Notes: generated by a model not told the origin, from the letters alone. A DNA stretch of 50,995 bases from Octopus bimaculoides (GCF_001194135.2 NC_068981.1:161547283-161598277); one strand, 5' to 3'; numbered from the stretch's first letter, positions 13,049 to 24,240 are shown. A program made the numbers and translations.

Positions 13049-13884
13049 GGATCTTTGTGATTTGACGGGCAACACTTATTTTCTTAACGAAACACTTTCA
13101 AACTTGGGACACTGGTAGAATGTGTCATACAAAACAACTTTTTCTCTTAGCCTTCTTAACAAAAAAATGTACATCGCAAGTTATTTCATGTTAAAGTTGT
13201 TGTATTTCTGTAATTTCAACCAATCACTGACGTCTATTCAGCTGAATACAGTCAGTGCTGGCCGGTCATAAAAATGTTATTCTCTGTGACATATTTCATC
13301 CGGTTTAATCGTAATTTATACGCATATATTGTTTATATAATAAATTACGCTGTGCGTATCTGTGTGTGTATATTTTTCCCATAACCTCACTCATAACCCT
13401 ATCCCTAACCATAACCCTAACCCTAACCCTAACCCCAACCCTAACCCTAACTCTAAAACCCGAACCCTAACCCTAAACTAGAGTTTGATTTGAAGAAGAT
13501 TTGGCTGCTATTTCTAGGAAATGAAGCACTTAGTGGAGGTGCATTAATAATTCTGGTAGCTCCAATAACAAATGCAGGCAATATTCAAGTATTTTGATGG
13601 CTTTTTCCCTTTTGTTTACGAACAGTCTAGTTAATCGGAAATGTCAGAACTAACGGGGATTAATACCATATACACCGTCACAGCAGTTACTGTATTCAAC
13701 TGAATAGACGTCAGTGATTAGTTGAAATTATCGAAATAAGACAATTTTTAACGTGAAATAACTTCGAATACAAAATTTATTATCTGTTCTATACCACAAA
13801 ATATACAAGTATACGAAGTTTGAAAGTGTTTCGGTACCAAAAACACTACATAAAAAAATGTTGCCCGTCAAATCACAGAGGTCC
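13049..13884. mobile_element. Non-autonomous TIR DNA transposon (836 bp, 26-bp TIRs, 8-bp TSD) containing (TAACCC)n
   Basis: TIR GGATCTTTGTGATTTGACGGGCAACA versus GGACCTCTGTGATTTGACGGGCAACA. TSD GAGTTCAG/GAATTCAG. A second internal inverted pair lies at about 13212-13250 and 13690-13730. Confidence 0.85.
13382..13477 (+). repeat. Interstitial telomere-like (TAACCC)n, degenerate
   Basis: ATAACCCTAACCCTAACCCTAACCCCAACCCTAACCCTAAC.. read directly. Confidence 0.9.
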
Positions 13885-14046
13885 GAATTCAGAATGTAAA
13901 GGCGGACGAAATGCCGCAAAGCATTTTGCTCGATATGCTAACGATTCAGCCAGTTCGCTGGCTACAAATGCATCAGATAAGGAGACGTTACAAGAACAGT
14001 TTACAATGTTTACGGTTTGTGTGAGGATTTACGTAAAAGATGAGTC

Positions 14047-14347
14047 GAAAAAAAAAGGGATAAAGGTATACAAAATATGTGAACTCATGAATGGTGCAGC
14101 CCTTCTGGTACAGGAGTATCTCTACCAAGGGTCAATCAAGTAACCCCACAGAACTAGGATCCAGGCCCGTCACCAAACTTTAGTGCCTGGGGGTAAATTG
14201 AAAAAAAAAAGGGATAAAGGTATACAAAATATGTGAACTCATGAATGATGCAGCCCTTCTGGTACATGAGTATCTCCACCAAGGGTCAATCAAGTAACCC
14301 CACAGAACTAGGATCCAGACTCGTCACCAGATTTTGGTGCCTGGGGG
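14047..14347. repeat. Tandem duplication of a unit of about 150 bp
   Basis: (A)nGGGATAAAGGTATACAAAATATGTGAACTCATG..AGAACTAGGATCCAG..GTGCCTGGGGGT occurs twice, about 90-95% identical. Confidence 0.9.
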
Positions 14348-14622
14348 TGCTTCAAAATATTCGTGTTAGGCACTAATTTTTGTAAACTGTATTTTTGTGA
14401 ATTGTATTTTCTAAATCTGAGAGTGCACCGTTGAATAGTGAGAGGGAAATGCCGTCCACTGCACACCCTTAGTGAAAGACATGCTAAGGTCACTCTGACC
14501 ACCAAAGCCAGCAGCTCTCGCCCAATTGTTGTTTTCCATTCTATAGGCGCATGCTTAGAGTAGGTCCGTTCACCCTAACCATTTCTGACAATTTTACTGA
14601 GAGAGTGCACTTCCTTTCCCAC

Positions 14623-14780
14623 CAGGGGCGGACTGAGCCGTCGGTCAATCGGGCACTGCCCGAGGGTCCGGAGCTCTGAGGGACCCGCAATCTACATGTT
14701 AACTCTACTAAGTCACACATTCAAAGGGACCCGGTAAAAAGCTATGCCCGAGGGCCCTTAATACTCTCAGTTCGCTCCTG
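14623..14780. mobile_element. hAT-like MITE (158 bp)
   Basis: TIR CAGGGGCGGACTGAG versus CAGGAGCGAACTGAG (13/15). The flanks TTTCCCAC/CTCTCCAC match only partially. Confidence 0.65.
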
Positions 14781-15148
14781 CTCTCCACCTTCACTTTTCC
14801 TTCCAAGTGGAACTTAAAAAAATTGATGAGAGCCGAACCGAAGAGGAAGGTGTCTTTCCTCAAATCTTTCAAACACGTCCACTACCCAACCTCTTTTACG
14901 GTAGCCACTACACAGAAGACTACCGCCTGCCCTGCCTTGTTAAAGGTTGGTGATGGGGCGATCCTCACGACTGACTCGACCGATAGTCGGATTGAAATTT
15001 TAGTACAAGGCCAGCAATTTTTCTGGGAAGGGCAAGTCAGTTACATCACCCTCAGTGCCTGCTAAGGCTTGTTAAAGGGGCGATCCTCACGATTGACTCG
15101 ACAGATAGTCGGATTCCTCATAATTATAACAATGTAAAGGTTTGAAAT

Positions 15149-15485
15149 GTGAAGGCGCATGGCTCAGTGGTTAGAGCGTCGAACTTACGATCGTGATGTT
15201 GTGAGTTCGAATCCCGGATCGAGCTGCGTGTTGTGTTCTTGAGCAAGACACTTTATTTCACGTTGCTCCACTTCACTCAGCTGTAGAAATGAATTGCGAT
15301 GTCACAGGTGCCAAGCTGTATCGGCCTTTGTCTTTCCCTTGAATAACACTGGTGATGTGGAGAGGGGACGCCAGTATGCATGGGCGACTGCTGGTCTTCC
15401 ATAAGCAACCTTGCCTGTACTTGTGCCTGGGAGGGTAACTTTCTAGGTGCAATCCCATGGTTAGTCATGACCGAAGGAGGTTTCA
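15149..15485 (+). mobile_element. Full-length tRNA-derived SINE family C with 15-bp TSD
   Basis: Head GGCTCAGTGGTTAGAGCG..GAGTTCGAATCCC. TSD GTAAAGGTTTGAAAT (15134-15148) and GTAAAGGTTTCAAAT (15486-15500). Paralog at 47355-47645. Confidence 0.88.
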
Positions 15486-15499
15486 GTAAAGGTTTCAAA

Positions 15500-15697
15500 T
15501 TTTAGTTCAAGGCCAGCAATTTTTTTAGGGTGGGGGGTAAATCGATAACATCGACCCCAGTGCTCAGCTGATACATTACTTTATCGACTCTGAAAGGCAA
15601 AGTTAAGTTAATCTCGGTGGAATTTGAACTCGAAACGTAAAGCCGGAAAAAATGCCGCTAAGCATTTTGCCCGGCGTGTTATCGATTCTGCCAGCTT
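15500..15697 (-). mobile_element. SINE family A
   Basis: Reverse-complement match to the family A head, core and tail. Confidence 0.75.
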
Positions 15698-15924
15698 ACA
15701 CGATTAAATAACAACAAACGAAAATAAATATAAACAAGTATAAAAACGGATAATGTATAAAGGCCTTCGTGTTTCTTTCGTGGATTTCTTACTGAACAAT
15801 ACCGATGAATGGGACTGGCGGCATTTGTTCATGCTCACGTAAGTGATGTCTGTCAATCTTACGAAACATGTACATTATTATATAAAGCATTAACACTGAC
15901 TGAATCCCTTTTCTATTATATATT

Positions 15925-16343
15925 CCTTTCTACTCAAGGCACAAGGCTCGAAATTTTGGGGGAGGGAGCCAGTTGCTTAGATCGAGCCCACTACGCAACT
16001 GGTACTTAATTTATCGACCCTGAAAGGATGAAAAGCAAAGTCGACCTCGGCAGATTTTGAACTCAGAATGTAAAGACAGACAAAATACTGCTAAGCATTT
16101 CACCTGGCATGCTAACGTTTCTTATTTCTTTATTGCCCACAAGGGGCTAAACATAGAGGGGACAAACAAGGAAAGACAAAGGGATTAAGTCGATTACATC
16201 GACCCGAGTGCGTAACTGGTACTAACGTTTCTTATTTCTTTATTGCCCACAAGGGGCTAAATATAGAGGGAACAAACAAGAACAGACGAACGGATTAAGT
16301 CGATTACATCGACCCCAGTGCGTAACTGGTACTTAATTTATCG
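15925..16343 (-). mobile_element. Multimeric SINE family A array running into a gap
   Basis: Units are joined by the linker ..GCCCCTTGTGGGCAATAAAGAAATAAGAAACGTTAG. The same junction is at about 31970. Confidence 0.8.
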
Positions 16344-16854
16344 NNNNNNNNNNNNNNNNNNNNNNNNNNNNNNNNNNNNNNNNNNNNNNNNNNNNNNNNN
16401 NNNNNNNNNNNNNNNNNNNNNNNNNNNNNNNNNNNNNNNNNNNNNNNNNNNNNNNNNNNNNNNNNNNNNNNNNNNNNNNNNNNNNNNNNNNNNNNNNNNN
16501 NNNNNNNNNNNNNNNNNNNNNNNNNNNNNNNNNNNNNNNNNNNNNNNNNNNNNNNNNNNNNNNNNNNNNNNNNNNNNNNNNNNNNNNNNNNNNNNNNNNN
16601 NNNNNNNNNNNNNNNNNNNNNNNNNNNNNNNNNNNNNNNNNNNNNNNNNNNNNNNNNNNNNNNNNNNNNNNNNNNNNNNNNNNNNNNNNNNNNNNNNNNN
16701 NNNNNNNNNNNNNNNNNNNNNNNNNNNNNNNNNNNNNNNNNNNNNNNNNNNNNNNNNNNNNNNNNNNNNNNNNNNNNNNNNNNNNNNNNNNNNNNNNNNN
16801 NNNNNNNNNNNNNNNNNNNNNNNNNNNNNNNNNNNNNNNNNNNNNNNNNNNNNN

Positions 16855-16910
16855 TGGAAAACGGCTCCCTCCTCATCGGAATATTTATAATAATTAAAAA
16901 AATAGAAGAG
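16855..16910 (+). mobile_element. Diverged 3' terminus of the R4-like family
   Basis: GAAAACGGCTCCCTCCTCATCGGAATA..AATAGAAGAG aligns loosely with GAAACCGGCTCTTTCTCTGTCGGCAATA..AATAATG and is followed by (ACAT)n. Confidence 0.5.
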
Positions 16911-17012
16911 ACATACATACATACATACATACATACATACATACGTACGTACGTACATACATACATACATACATACATACATACATACATACATACATAC
17001 ATACATACATAC

Positions 17013-17429
17013 GCTGAACTATTGAGAAATCTGCAGTTACTCTATCCAGATTACAAGTATCAGGTTTATACCTGTAATTATTGGAGTACTGGGATATATG
17101 CCAATCTTGAGAAATTAGGCTTCTCAAAACCAGAAAGGAGAAAGCTGATGAGAAGACGACAGAGTCAAGCCATCACTAGAACTGTAAAAATCTGTAAAAC
17201 TTTCCAGAAGTTTATCATTTAAGTATATATGCCATGTCTCGATATGCAAGTATATACATGAGAAGACATACATGAAACAAAGCATACACATCTACACGCA
17301 TACATACATGCATACATACATACATACATACAAAATACCCTGTTGATGTTGAACTTCGAATGAAGGAGCCTAGTTAGAAACCGGCTCTTCCTCTGTTGGC
17401 AAGAAATCCTGAAATAAAACTGAATAATG
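17013..17429 (+). mobile_element. R4-like non-LTR element, 5'-truncated, flanked on both sides by (ACAT)n
   Basis: Nucleotide match to 798-1290 (minus). Encodes LRNLQLLYP..EKLGFSKPERRKL..TVKICKTFQKFII* (stop at 17220-17222). Confidence 0.85.
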
Positions 17430-17954
17430 ACATACATACATACATACATACATACATACGTACGTACGTACGTAACTCGTGTACTGTTTGCATTAGACTG
17501 AATTGAACGGCAAACTAGATTCATATTTTGGTCATAAAACTATAACAGCATATGTCTGACTGATGAAAAATTTAGGTATATATTATTAAATAGTTCAGTG
17601 AGTGAAAGCACATTTCACGTATGGAACATTAAATTAAAATAATGGAATAAATCATTAAAGCTATCATATAGTCAGTGAGATAAAATATCTGTTAATGGCT
17701 ATTAAGTAGTGGAGTCTAAGAACTATATCGGTTCTAGTAAACTAAATAAATGAATAAATGAAACAAGCTTATGCGAGATTTTCACCTTATTTGTAAATTC
17801 AACAAGCGTGTCTGTATGTGGTCGCTCAATCTGCTAGGAATAGCAGCCGAATTTTGTATAAATAACGCTGTGATCACAGCTGGTTACTATCTTTGATACT
17901 TGGTCTTCTTGATCGATGTGGACCAACTAAATCAATTTTTTTTTTTACTTATAA

Positions 17955-18184
17955 TCTTTTACTTGTTTCTGTTGCTGGACTGCAGCCATGCTGGGGCAAC
18001 ATTTTGAAGGATTTAGCCGAAGAGATCAACCTCAGTGCTTTTTAATTTTTTTTTAAAGTCTAGTACTTATTCTACCGGTCTAGTGTGCCAAAACTGCTAT
18101 TAAGTTTTGAAGGATGGAAACAAAACAACACCTTTTGTGAAGCCAGCACCTTTTGTTAGGGGGTCACACAAAAACAAACACATA

Positions 18185-18217
<33 letters not shown>

Positions 18218-18425
18218 TTATCTGTCTGTATGTATGTATATGAGTGTATGTATGTGTATGTGTGTGTGTGTGGGCTCCACTCAGTTTCCATCTAGCAAAT
18301 TTACTTACAAGGTCGGCGTAATGCTATAGAAGAAGAAAACACTTACCCAAAGTATCGTGTAGTGGGACTGAACCGCGAACACGTGGCTACAAACTGGGTT
18401 TCTTAACCACACAGCTACGCCTGCA
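17955..18425 (-). mobile_element. SINE family B with internal (CTGT)n/(TATG)n/(TG)n
   Basis: Tail GACTGCAGCCATGCTGGGGCA.. and head ..TTAACCACACAGCTACGCCTGCACCT in reverse orientation. Confidence 0.8.
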
Positions 18426-18659
18426 CCTAGCCTTTTTTTCTCTTTCTTTTTTCTCACAGCCCGTGTTCGATTGCTCTTCAGTTTAGTTTAGCCACTACGA
18501 CCAAAGCCATGCTGGAACCCCTCTTTTAGGTGTTGCTGCAATAGGAAGTATCACATCAAGATATCGATTTATCATCCTCATTTCGAAACCTGATTCGAAT
18601 GTCTGCAACAAAGCGAACTCCACAAAAGGCACCCACCGATTAGGTACTAAGCCTACCAC

Positions 18660-19075
18660 CAGGGACACATTAAAACTCATAGAGGTCCTATGCACTTAAA
18701 AGATTTTGGTACCCCTATATATATGTAATTCAAAATATAAGCAATAATAAGCCATAAAATAATTCGTATATTTTAAGATGAAACAAAACTAATAGTAAGA
18801 TGGAAAATAAGGTTTGTTTTTGTATGGTTCCGCTTTATTTATATTTGAAGTTTTCTACTTTTTTTAATGGCAAAGTCTTTGATCAGATCCTTACTATGAC
18901 ACCATGAACACTTCAAAATTATATTTTCATTTATATAAACCACTTCGAATACTATGTTAGCAAGTTTAAAATGATTTCTTTTGTGCCGTAGACCATTTAC
19001 CTTTTCTGTGGTGCTCCGCTTCCCTTGATGTTCTAAGTACGTGCTTATTTTGCTTAATGGTTAAATCCAGCGCTG
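18660..19075 (+). mobile_element. hAT-type MITE (416 bp) with 8-bp TSD
   Basis: TSD CCTACCAC/CCCACCAC. Ends CAGGGAC.. and ..TTAAATCCAGCGCTG. The body aligns with 43195-43600. Confidence 0.8.
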
Positions 19076-19224
19076 CCCACCACATAAATATTGATATGGT
19101 TTATCCGATGCATCTCTTCTTACTTTCCCTCGATTCAGTGTCATTCAAATACAAGCGCAAACTTTTTAGACTTACAGAGAGAGGCTGATAAATATTACTT
19201 TTCTACAGCATTCTTTTAGCATTT

Positions 19225-19580
19225 ACTTGTTTCAGCTACTTGACTGTGACCATGCTGGGACACAACCTTGAAGGTTTTAGTTGAACCAATTGAGCCTTGT
19301 ACACAAGCTTAGTACTTATTTTATTGGACTCTTATGTCGAACCGCTAAGTTACAGAGACATAAATACACCAACACTGGTTGTCAAGTGGTGGTAGGTGAC
19401 CAACACACACACACACACGCACACTTACACACGCGCGCGAGCACACACTCATATATATATACCGGTCTTCTTTCAGTTTCCATCCACCAAATCCACTCAC
19501 AAGGCTTTGGTCGGCCGAAGGCTACAGTGGAAGACAATTGCCCAACGTGCCATGCAGTGGGACTGAACTCGGAACCATAT
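19225..19580 (-). mobile_element. SINE family B
   Basis: Family B body and head in reverse orientation with a central (CA)n/(TA)n. Confidence 0.8.
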
Positions 19581-19859
19581 TGAACGTACGATCTGCCTGA
19601 TAATGAACCTTGTTTTCATACGACCCGCTTCTCGAATAAGGTTACCCGTGCCTGGACTAGGGTCTAGTAACTTTTTATTGCAGTGGGATTGTACGAGTGT
19701 ATAAAGCGAAAGAAAATTGTAAGAAGCAGCAGTGCTAAAAACAAAAGTGAAATTAATTGTTAAACGAAAACCAAATCGGTTAAATGAGGTGCGAAGCTAT
19801 ATTATCATCTAAGCCCGCATAAACCTACGATTGCAATAATCAAATGATTTCTGCTCTTT

Positions 19860-21012
19860 TTTTGTTTCAGTCATTAGGCTGTGGCCATGCTGGAGCACTG
19901 CCTTGAAGGAGTTTTAGTCGAATGAATCGACCCCAGTGCTTTTTTTTCTTTTTAAAACCTGGTACTTATTCTGTTGATATCTTTTGCCGAACTGCTGCAT
20001 TACGGGGACGCAAACACACCAATACCGGTTGTCAAGCGGTGGTGGGACACATACACTCACACAATATATGTGTGTGTGTGTGTGTGGTCTGATCAATAAG
20101 TATCCGGAATGATGATGTAGTAACAAAGTTAATGCACGCAGAGTGAAGCCACTTGGCACAGATTGACCGCGAACTCTGCTGTGCATGCGCACTAAGTTCT
20201 AAGGTTCTAGCTTACTTCCGCTGTATACAGCAGAGCTTGGTAGGAACGTGTATAGTGTGTGATCATCGCATTGACCATGACAGAGAAAGTTGAACAGAGA
20301 ACCTGCATCAAATTTTGTCAAAAGCATGGCGATACCTGCTCAGAGGCCTACGCAAAGTTTTCAAAAAGTTTTCATCATTCTCGACACAATCAAGGAGACC
20401 TTGTGCCACTGAAACCCCAGTGTTTTTTTCCTTTTTTTCCAGCTGAAAGCAGTTTAAGCACAAACTTGGCAGACATGCGTATCATATTCAAATGGTGATA
20501 ATGGATTGATAATGGACTGAACTGAACTGTAACTAATCTATACATCCTCTAATAACTCACGGATGGTGATTCGACGATTTCCCCTCATAGCTGCACGCAC
20601 ATGTGCGATGTTTTTCTCATTTCTGCTGGTTGCGGGTCTCCAAGAACGTTCGTCAATATCGACATTTTTTCGGCCATCTTGGAAACGTTTGAACCACTCG
20701 TACACTTGTGTGCGGTTCATACACTCCTCTCCATACACTTTCTGCAACTTTGTGCAGGCCTCTGAGCAGGTATCGCCATGACAACTTTCTCTGTCATGGT
20801 AAATGCGACGATCAGATGCTACACACGTTCTTTCCCAGTACTGCTGTAAACAGCGGAAGTGAGATAGAACGTTAAAACTTAGTGCGCATGCACAGCAGAG
20901 TTCAAGGTCATTCTATGCCAAGCGGCTTTACTCTGCGTGCTTTAGCTTCGTTACTGTGGCGACAGCCCAGATACTTATTGATCAGACCTCGTATATATAC
21001 ATATACACACAG

Positions 21013-21075
<63 letters not shown>

Positions 21076-21235
21076 CGACGGCTTTCTTTCAGTTTCCGTG
21101 TACCAAATTCACTCACAAGGTCATTGACCGTCCCAAGACAATAGTGGAAGATACTTGCCTAAGGTGCCACGCAGCGTGACTGAACTCGGAACCATATGGT
21201 TGAGAAGCAAGCTTCTTACCATATAGCTATGCCTG
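19860..21235 (-). mobile_element. SINE family B interrupted by a mariner derivative in its microsatellite
   Basis: The tail half at 19860-20082 and the head half at about 21073-21235 flank 20083-20991. Confidence 0.75.
20083..20991. mobile_element. Mariner-derived fold-back element made of two inverted 5' ends
   Basis: TIR (CGA)GGTCTGATCAATAAGTATC at both ends. Plus strand encodes MTEKVEQRTCIKFCQKHGDTCSEAY; minus strand encodes QKVYGEECMNRTQVYEWFKRFQDGR..RRITIREL (mariner HTH). Confidence 0.88.
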
Positions 21236-21539
21236 CATCTATAATATTAATTTCGCTTCCTTTTACTTAGTATAAAGTATGATTTAATAAAAATAACGTG
21301 ACACTTCCCACTCTACTCAGACGTTTTCAGTTTTGGAAAAGTTTTGAGCAACGCTAAGGTAAGGGCCTGTGTTGAATTCCCAACCTCTGCACACGTCTTT
21401 ATTGCAGCTATTTAACAGTTATCTTTTATCAGTTCATTTGCCTAGTGTTCTTAAAGATTTTAATCAATATTGTCGGATGTATAAAAGTAACCTCTTTCAC
21501 ATAACATAGTAATTGTAAAAGAGAAAGGGTTGCAAATAT

Positions 21540-22740
21540 AAAGTTCTGTATTCGATGAAAAATGACTGACTTTTTTTCCATATAAGTAAATGGAAACTTT
21601 GTCTTAGCTGTAATGATTCGGTTTTAGCTTATAAAAAAAAGTACAATCATAAACACAACTATTTGACCAAACATAAGTGATACAAAAAAAAAACTGTAAA
21701 GGAATATGAAATTAGTCAAGTTCGCATTGTTAAAAGAAACTTTCTGCATACAGCAATCTATTTTCAAAAGATTTATTTATGAAAATACCTCCGTAAAACA
21801 ATATTATTGAAGTATGTAAGGTTGTTAGCTGATAAAATCGTTAGCACGTCGGGCAAAATGTTTAGCAGCATTTGTTCTGAGTTCAAATTCCGCTGTGGTT
21901 GACTTTACCTTTCGTTCTTTCGGCGTCGGTGAAATAAGTACCAGTTGAGTACTAGGATCGATCTAATCAACTTGCCTCTCCCCCAACATTTCTGGCCGTG
22001 TGCCAAAATTTGAAATCAATACTTTTTCAGTGTGTGAGCAAATTACAAAGAAAGTGAAATTACATATTCAGCGTGAATATGTTGCAGCTGCACGAATTTA
22101 AACACCAGAAAAAGTCAAATATTTGATAATATTAGTTTACATTGGAGGATAATTCCTCACCTCATAAACGACATGGTTAACGCTATCTAAGTATCCTTGA
22201 AACAAGTAGTATCAGGATTTAATTATTCAATAACTGTAAATGGGACATTTGATAAAATAAATGCAACACAGCTGTCTGTCTTTGTATATACGATAACGGA
22301 AAATTTTACTTTACGAGAACGTATATTTGTTTTAAAATCGATTAATGGGATTGCTGAAGGTAATTTTTTTTTACTGGGTCGAATCACCGATAAGTGATTT
22401 CGATTTGCTCTCAGCGAAGTCGATGCCATAAGTTGCACTGTCCAGAGTATGATCTCGTAAAGGACGTCTTGTTATTAATCAAGCAACGACTGGACAACTG
22501 CCAAGCGGATTCTAATATCTTAATATTGTGTCTTTATCGTATTAACCAACAAAACATGAATACATTCTCTAAGAATGAACACTGTGAAGCGCTAGCAAAA
22601 TGATAAGCTGAACATAGAGAATTTTCAAAAATTTTGAAGCAGAATTGGTGACTTACTGTACCACTGTCTGGTTCGCTGGAAAAGCAAAGAGCGCATGCTC
22701 AAGATGATTGAAATTCTTTATGGAAGTTAGTCGTTCTTGT
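21540..22740 (+). pseudogene. Decayed hAT transposase (Charlie/SPIN/GTF2IRD2-like), interrupted by a SINE
   Basis: LCLSCNDSVLAYKKKYNHKHNYLTKH (Zn-finger-like) and FNYSITVNGTFDKINATQLSVFVYTITENFTLRE (first-Asp region, cf. FSLALDESTD..QL.IF), plus a HREF-like segment. Confidence 0.62.
21820..22020 (+). mobile_element. SINE family A
   Basis: GTTAGCACG..GTTCTGAGTTCAAATTCCGC..GGCCGTGTGCCAAAATTTGAAATC. Confidence 0.8.
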
Positions 22741-22859
22741 TATGGAATCAAAAGGATAACAAAAAAAGAAAGGCTGTGATTTGGTATTTTCGGTTGCTAT
22801 TACTAACCACTTAAATTATCAAGGTTTGAAATTACGAAGTCCGAATAAGCTAATCAGTT

Positions 22860-23260
22860 ACCTTGGCCCATGAACAAATTCTTCAGAGGCTATTACACTC
22901 GGACTATACGGACGACCTTCAGCGTCAGCTGAATATAGAAATTACCAACGAGTAACCCTATGTCAACTACTCCACTTCATCTGACGAACAGAAATAACAG
23001 GCAGACAGCTGCCACTTGTCGGACACTAACTGAAACATCGAAAATTTCCAGCCGACCAAATCATTATCTGAGAATCAATCAATGGAAGGATAAACCGTGG
23101 GCGTCTTTCTAAAGTAGCGCTTAAGATCTTGGAGGACAGTGGTACCATGATTGCGCATGAACCTAGGGTACCAGTGGTGCTAGCACGGAAAATGTGACAC
23201 GCCCATCATCGTGCCTGATTCGAGAGTAAGTTGTAATCAATAGACGATCATGATACACGG
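22860..23260 (+). mobile_element. RTE-clade LINE 3' fragment
   Basis: GYYTRTIRTTFSVS* and RQLPLVGH*LKH..PADQIII*ESINGRINRGR..LEDSG, an RTE C-terminal pattern, followed by a (GAT)n tail. Confidence 0.62.
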
Positions 23261-23271
23261 CGATGATAGTA

Positions 23272-23305
<34 letters not shown>

Positions 23306-23535
23306 CAATGATGATGACGTCGACGACGATGATGATGACGATGATGATGTTGACGATGACGATAACGATTCTGTTGCTGCTGCTGCTGCTGCTGACGACG
23401 ACGACGACGATGATGATGACGAAGATGACGATGACGTCAACGACAATGATGATGATGATGACGATGATGACGATGACGATGCTGTTGCTATTAACACTGA
23501 CGACGACGACGACGGCGGCGGCGATGATGATGACT
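23261..23535. repeat. Compound (GAT)/(GAC)/(GCT) trinucleotide microsatellite, probably an expanded RTE tail
   Basis: Direct reading. It begins right after the RTE-like stop region. Confidence 0.9.
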
Positions 23536-23774
23536 GCCAATATCGGGAGACTGAATCGTTGCACCAATTGTCCGTAACTCAACTGTAAAACAAAACATGC
23601 CACGGTACATTTTCCAACAGTGAAAGAACAGTAACCAGAATCTATAATGGAGAGTGTTTCAATTTTTCAGAGAAATTTCCAGAAGTTTCTCGATTCACAA
23701 AATCACGAACAAAATGCGAAACTCCGAAACTTCTGATAACTCACAACTCGAGTTATCGAATAATACTTTGATAT

Positions 23775-24020
23775 CACACGATCACGTGACCGACCAGGCT
23801 ATCAGATGTTGTTACACATCGCTGGTCATAATGCGCATTGCTTTAGCCATCAAATGGCGCCACTCCGCTGGCTAGGCAAGCAGGCCAACATTCCCCACTG
23901 ATCGAAGGGGGACTGGAGCAATGTGAAATGAAGTGTTTTGTTCAAGAATACAACGCGCCGCCCTTTCAGGGAATCGAATCCACGATCTGGCGATAGTGAG
24001 TGCAACAGCCTAACCACCAG
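23775..24020 (-). mobile_element. tRNA-derived SINE (family E)
   Basis: The reverse strand head TGGTTAGGCTGTTGCACTC..GGATTCGATTCCC; the body resembles 3410-3645. Confidence 0.6.
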
Positions 24021-24240
24021 TTTTTATTAACCATATATTAGTGAAAATGCATTCATAAATAAAGTACAGAACTGGGAATGGTTATTATCGGTTTAGCCTA
24101 GAGATAAGTAAATTCGACCTAGCCTAGCTTAGAGACAAGCTAATTCGACTTAAGTCGTTTTACGACTCAAGTCGTGTCCCCTGGAACCAATTAACGACGT
24201 AGGGTGAGGTATGCCAGTATTTAGACTTTCTTCCGTCTCC

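Larger units (their letters stand above)
12940..13968 (-). mobile_element. SINE family A split by the 13049-13884 insertion
   Basis: The consensus GGAATTTGAACTCAGAACGTAAAG stops at 13048 and resumes at 13885. Confidence 0.7.

Noticed and set aside
13382-13477. Telomere or chromosome-fusion site
   Set aside because: The tract is short, degenerate, in a single orientation and enclosed within a TIR element.
15925-16343. CRISPR-like repeat-spacer array
   Set aside because: The repeats are SINE units with identical intervening sequence in a eukaryotic context, with no unique spacers or cas genes.
14615-19083. Shared CCAC ending of two hAT MITE target sites as a target preference
   Set aside because: There are only two cases, one with a poor TSD, and the other hAT TSDs in the window (AACTACGC, CTCTATAG) differ.
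22984-23000. CTGACGAA as another hammerhead core (also CTGATGAA near 17558)
   Set aside because: There is no stem II, no GAAA in register and no NUH with a matching stem I.
23163-23603. Poly-Asp, poly-Met and poly-Ser ORFs resembling an acidic biomineral protein
   Set aside because: This is a pure trinucleotide repeat open in several frames and attached to an RTE 3' end.
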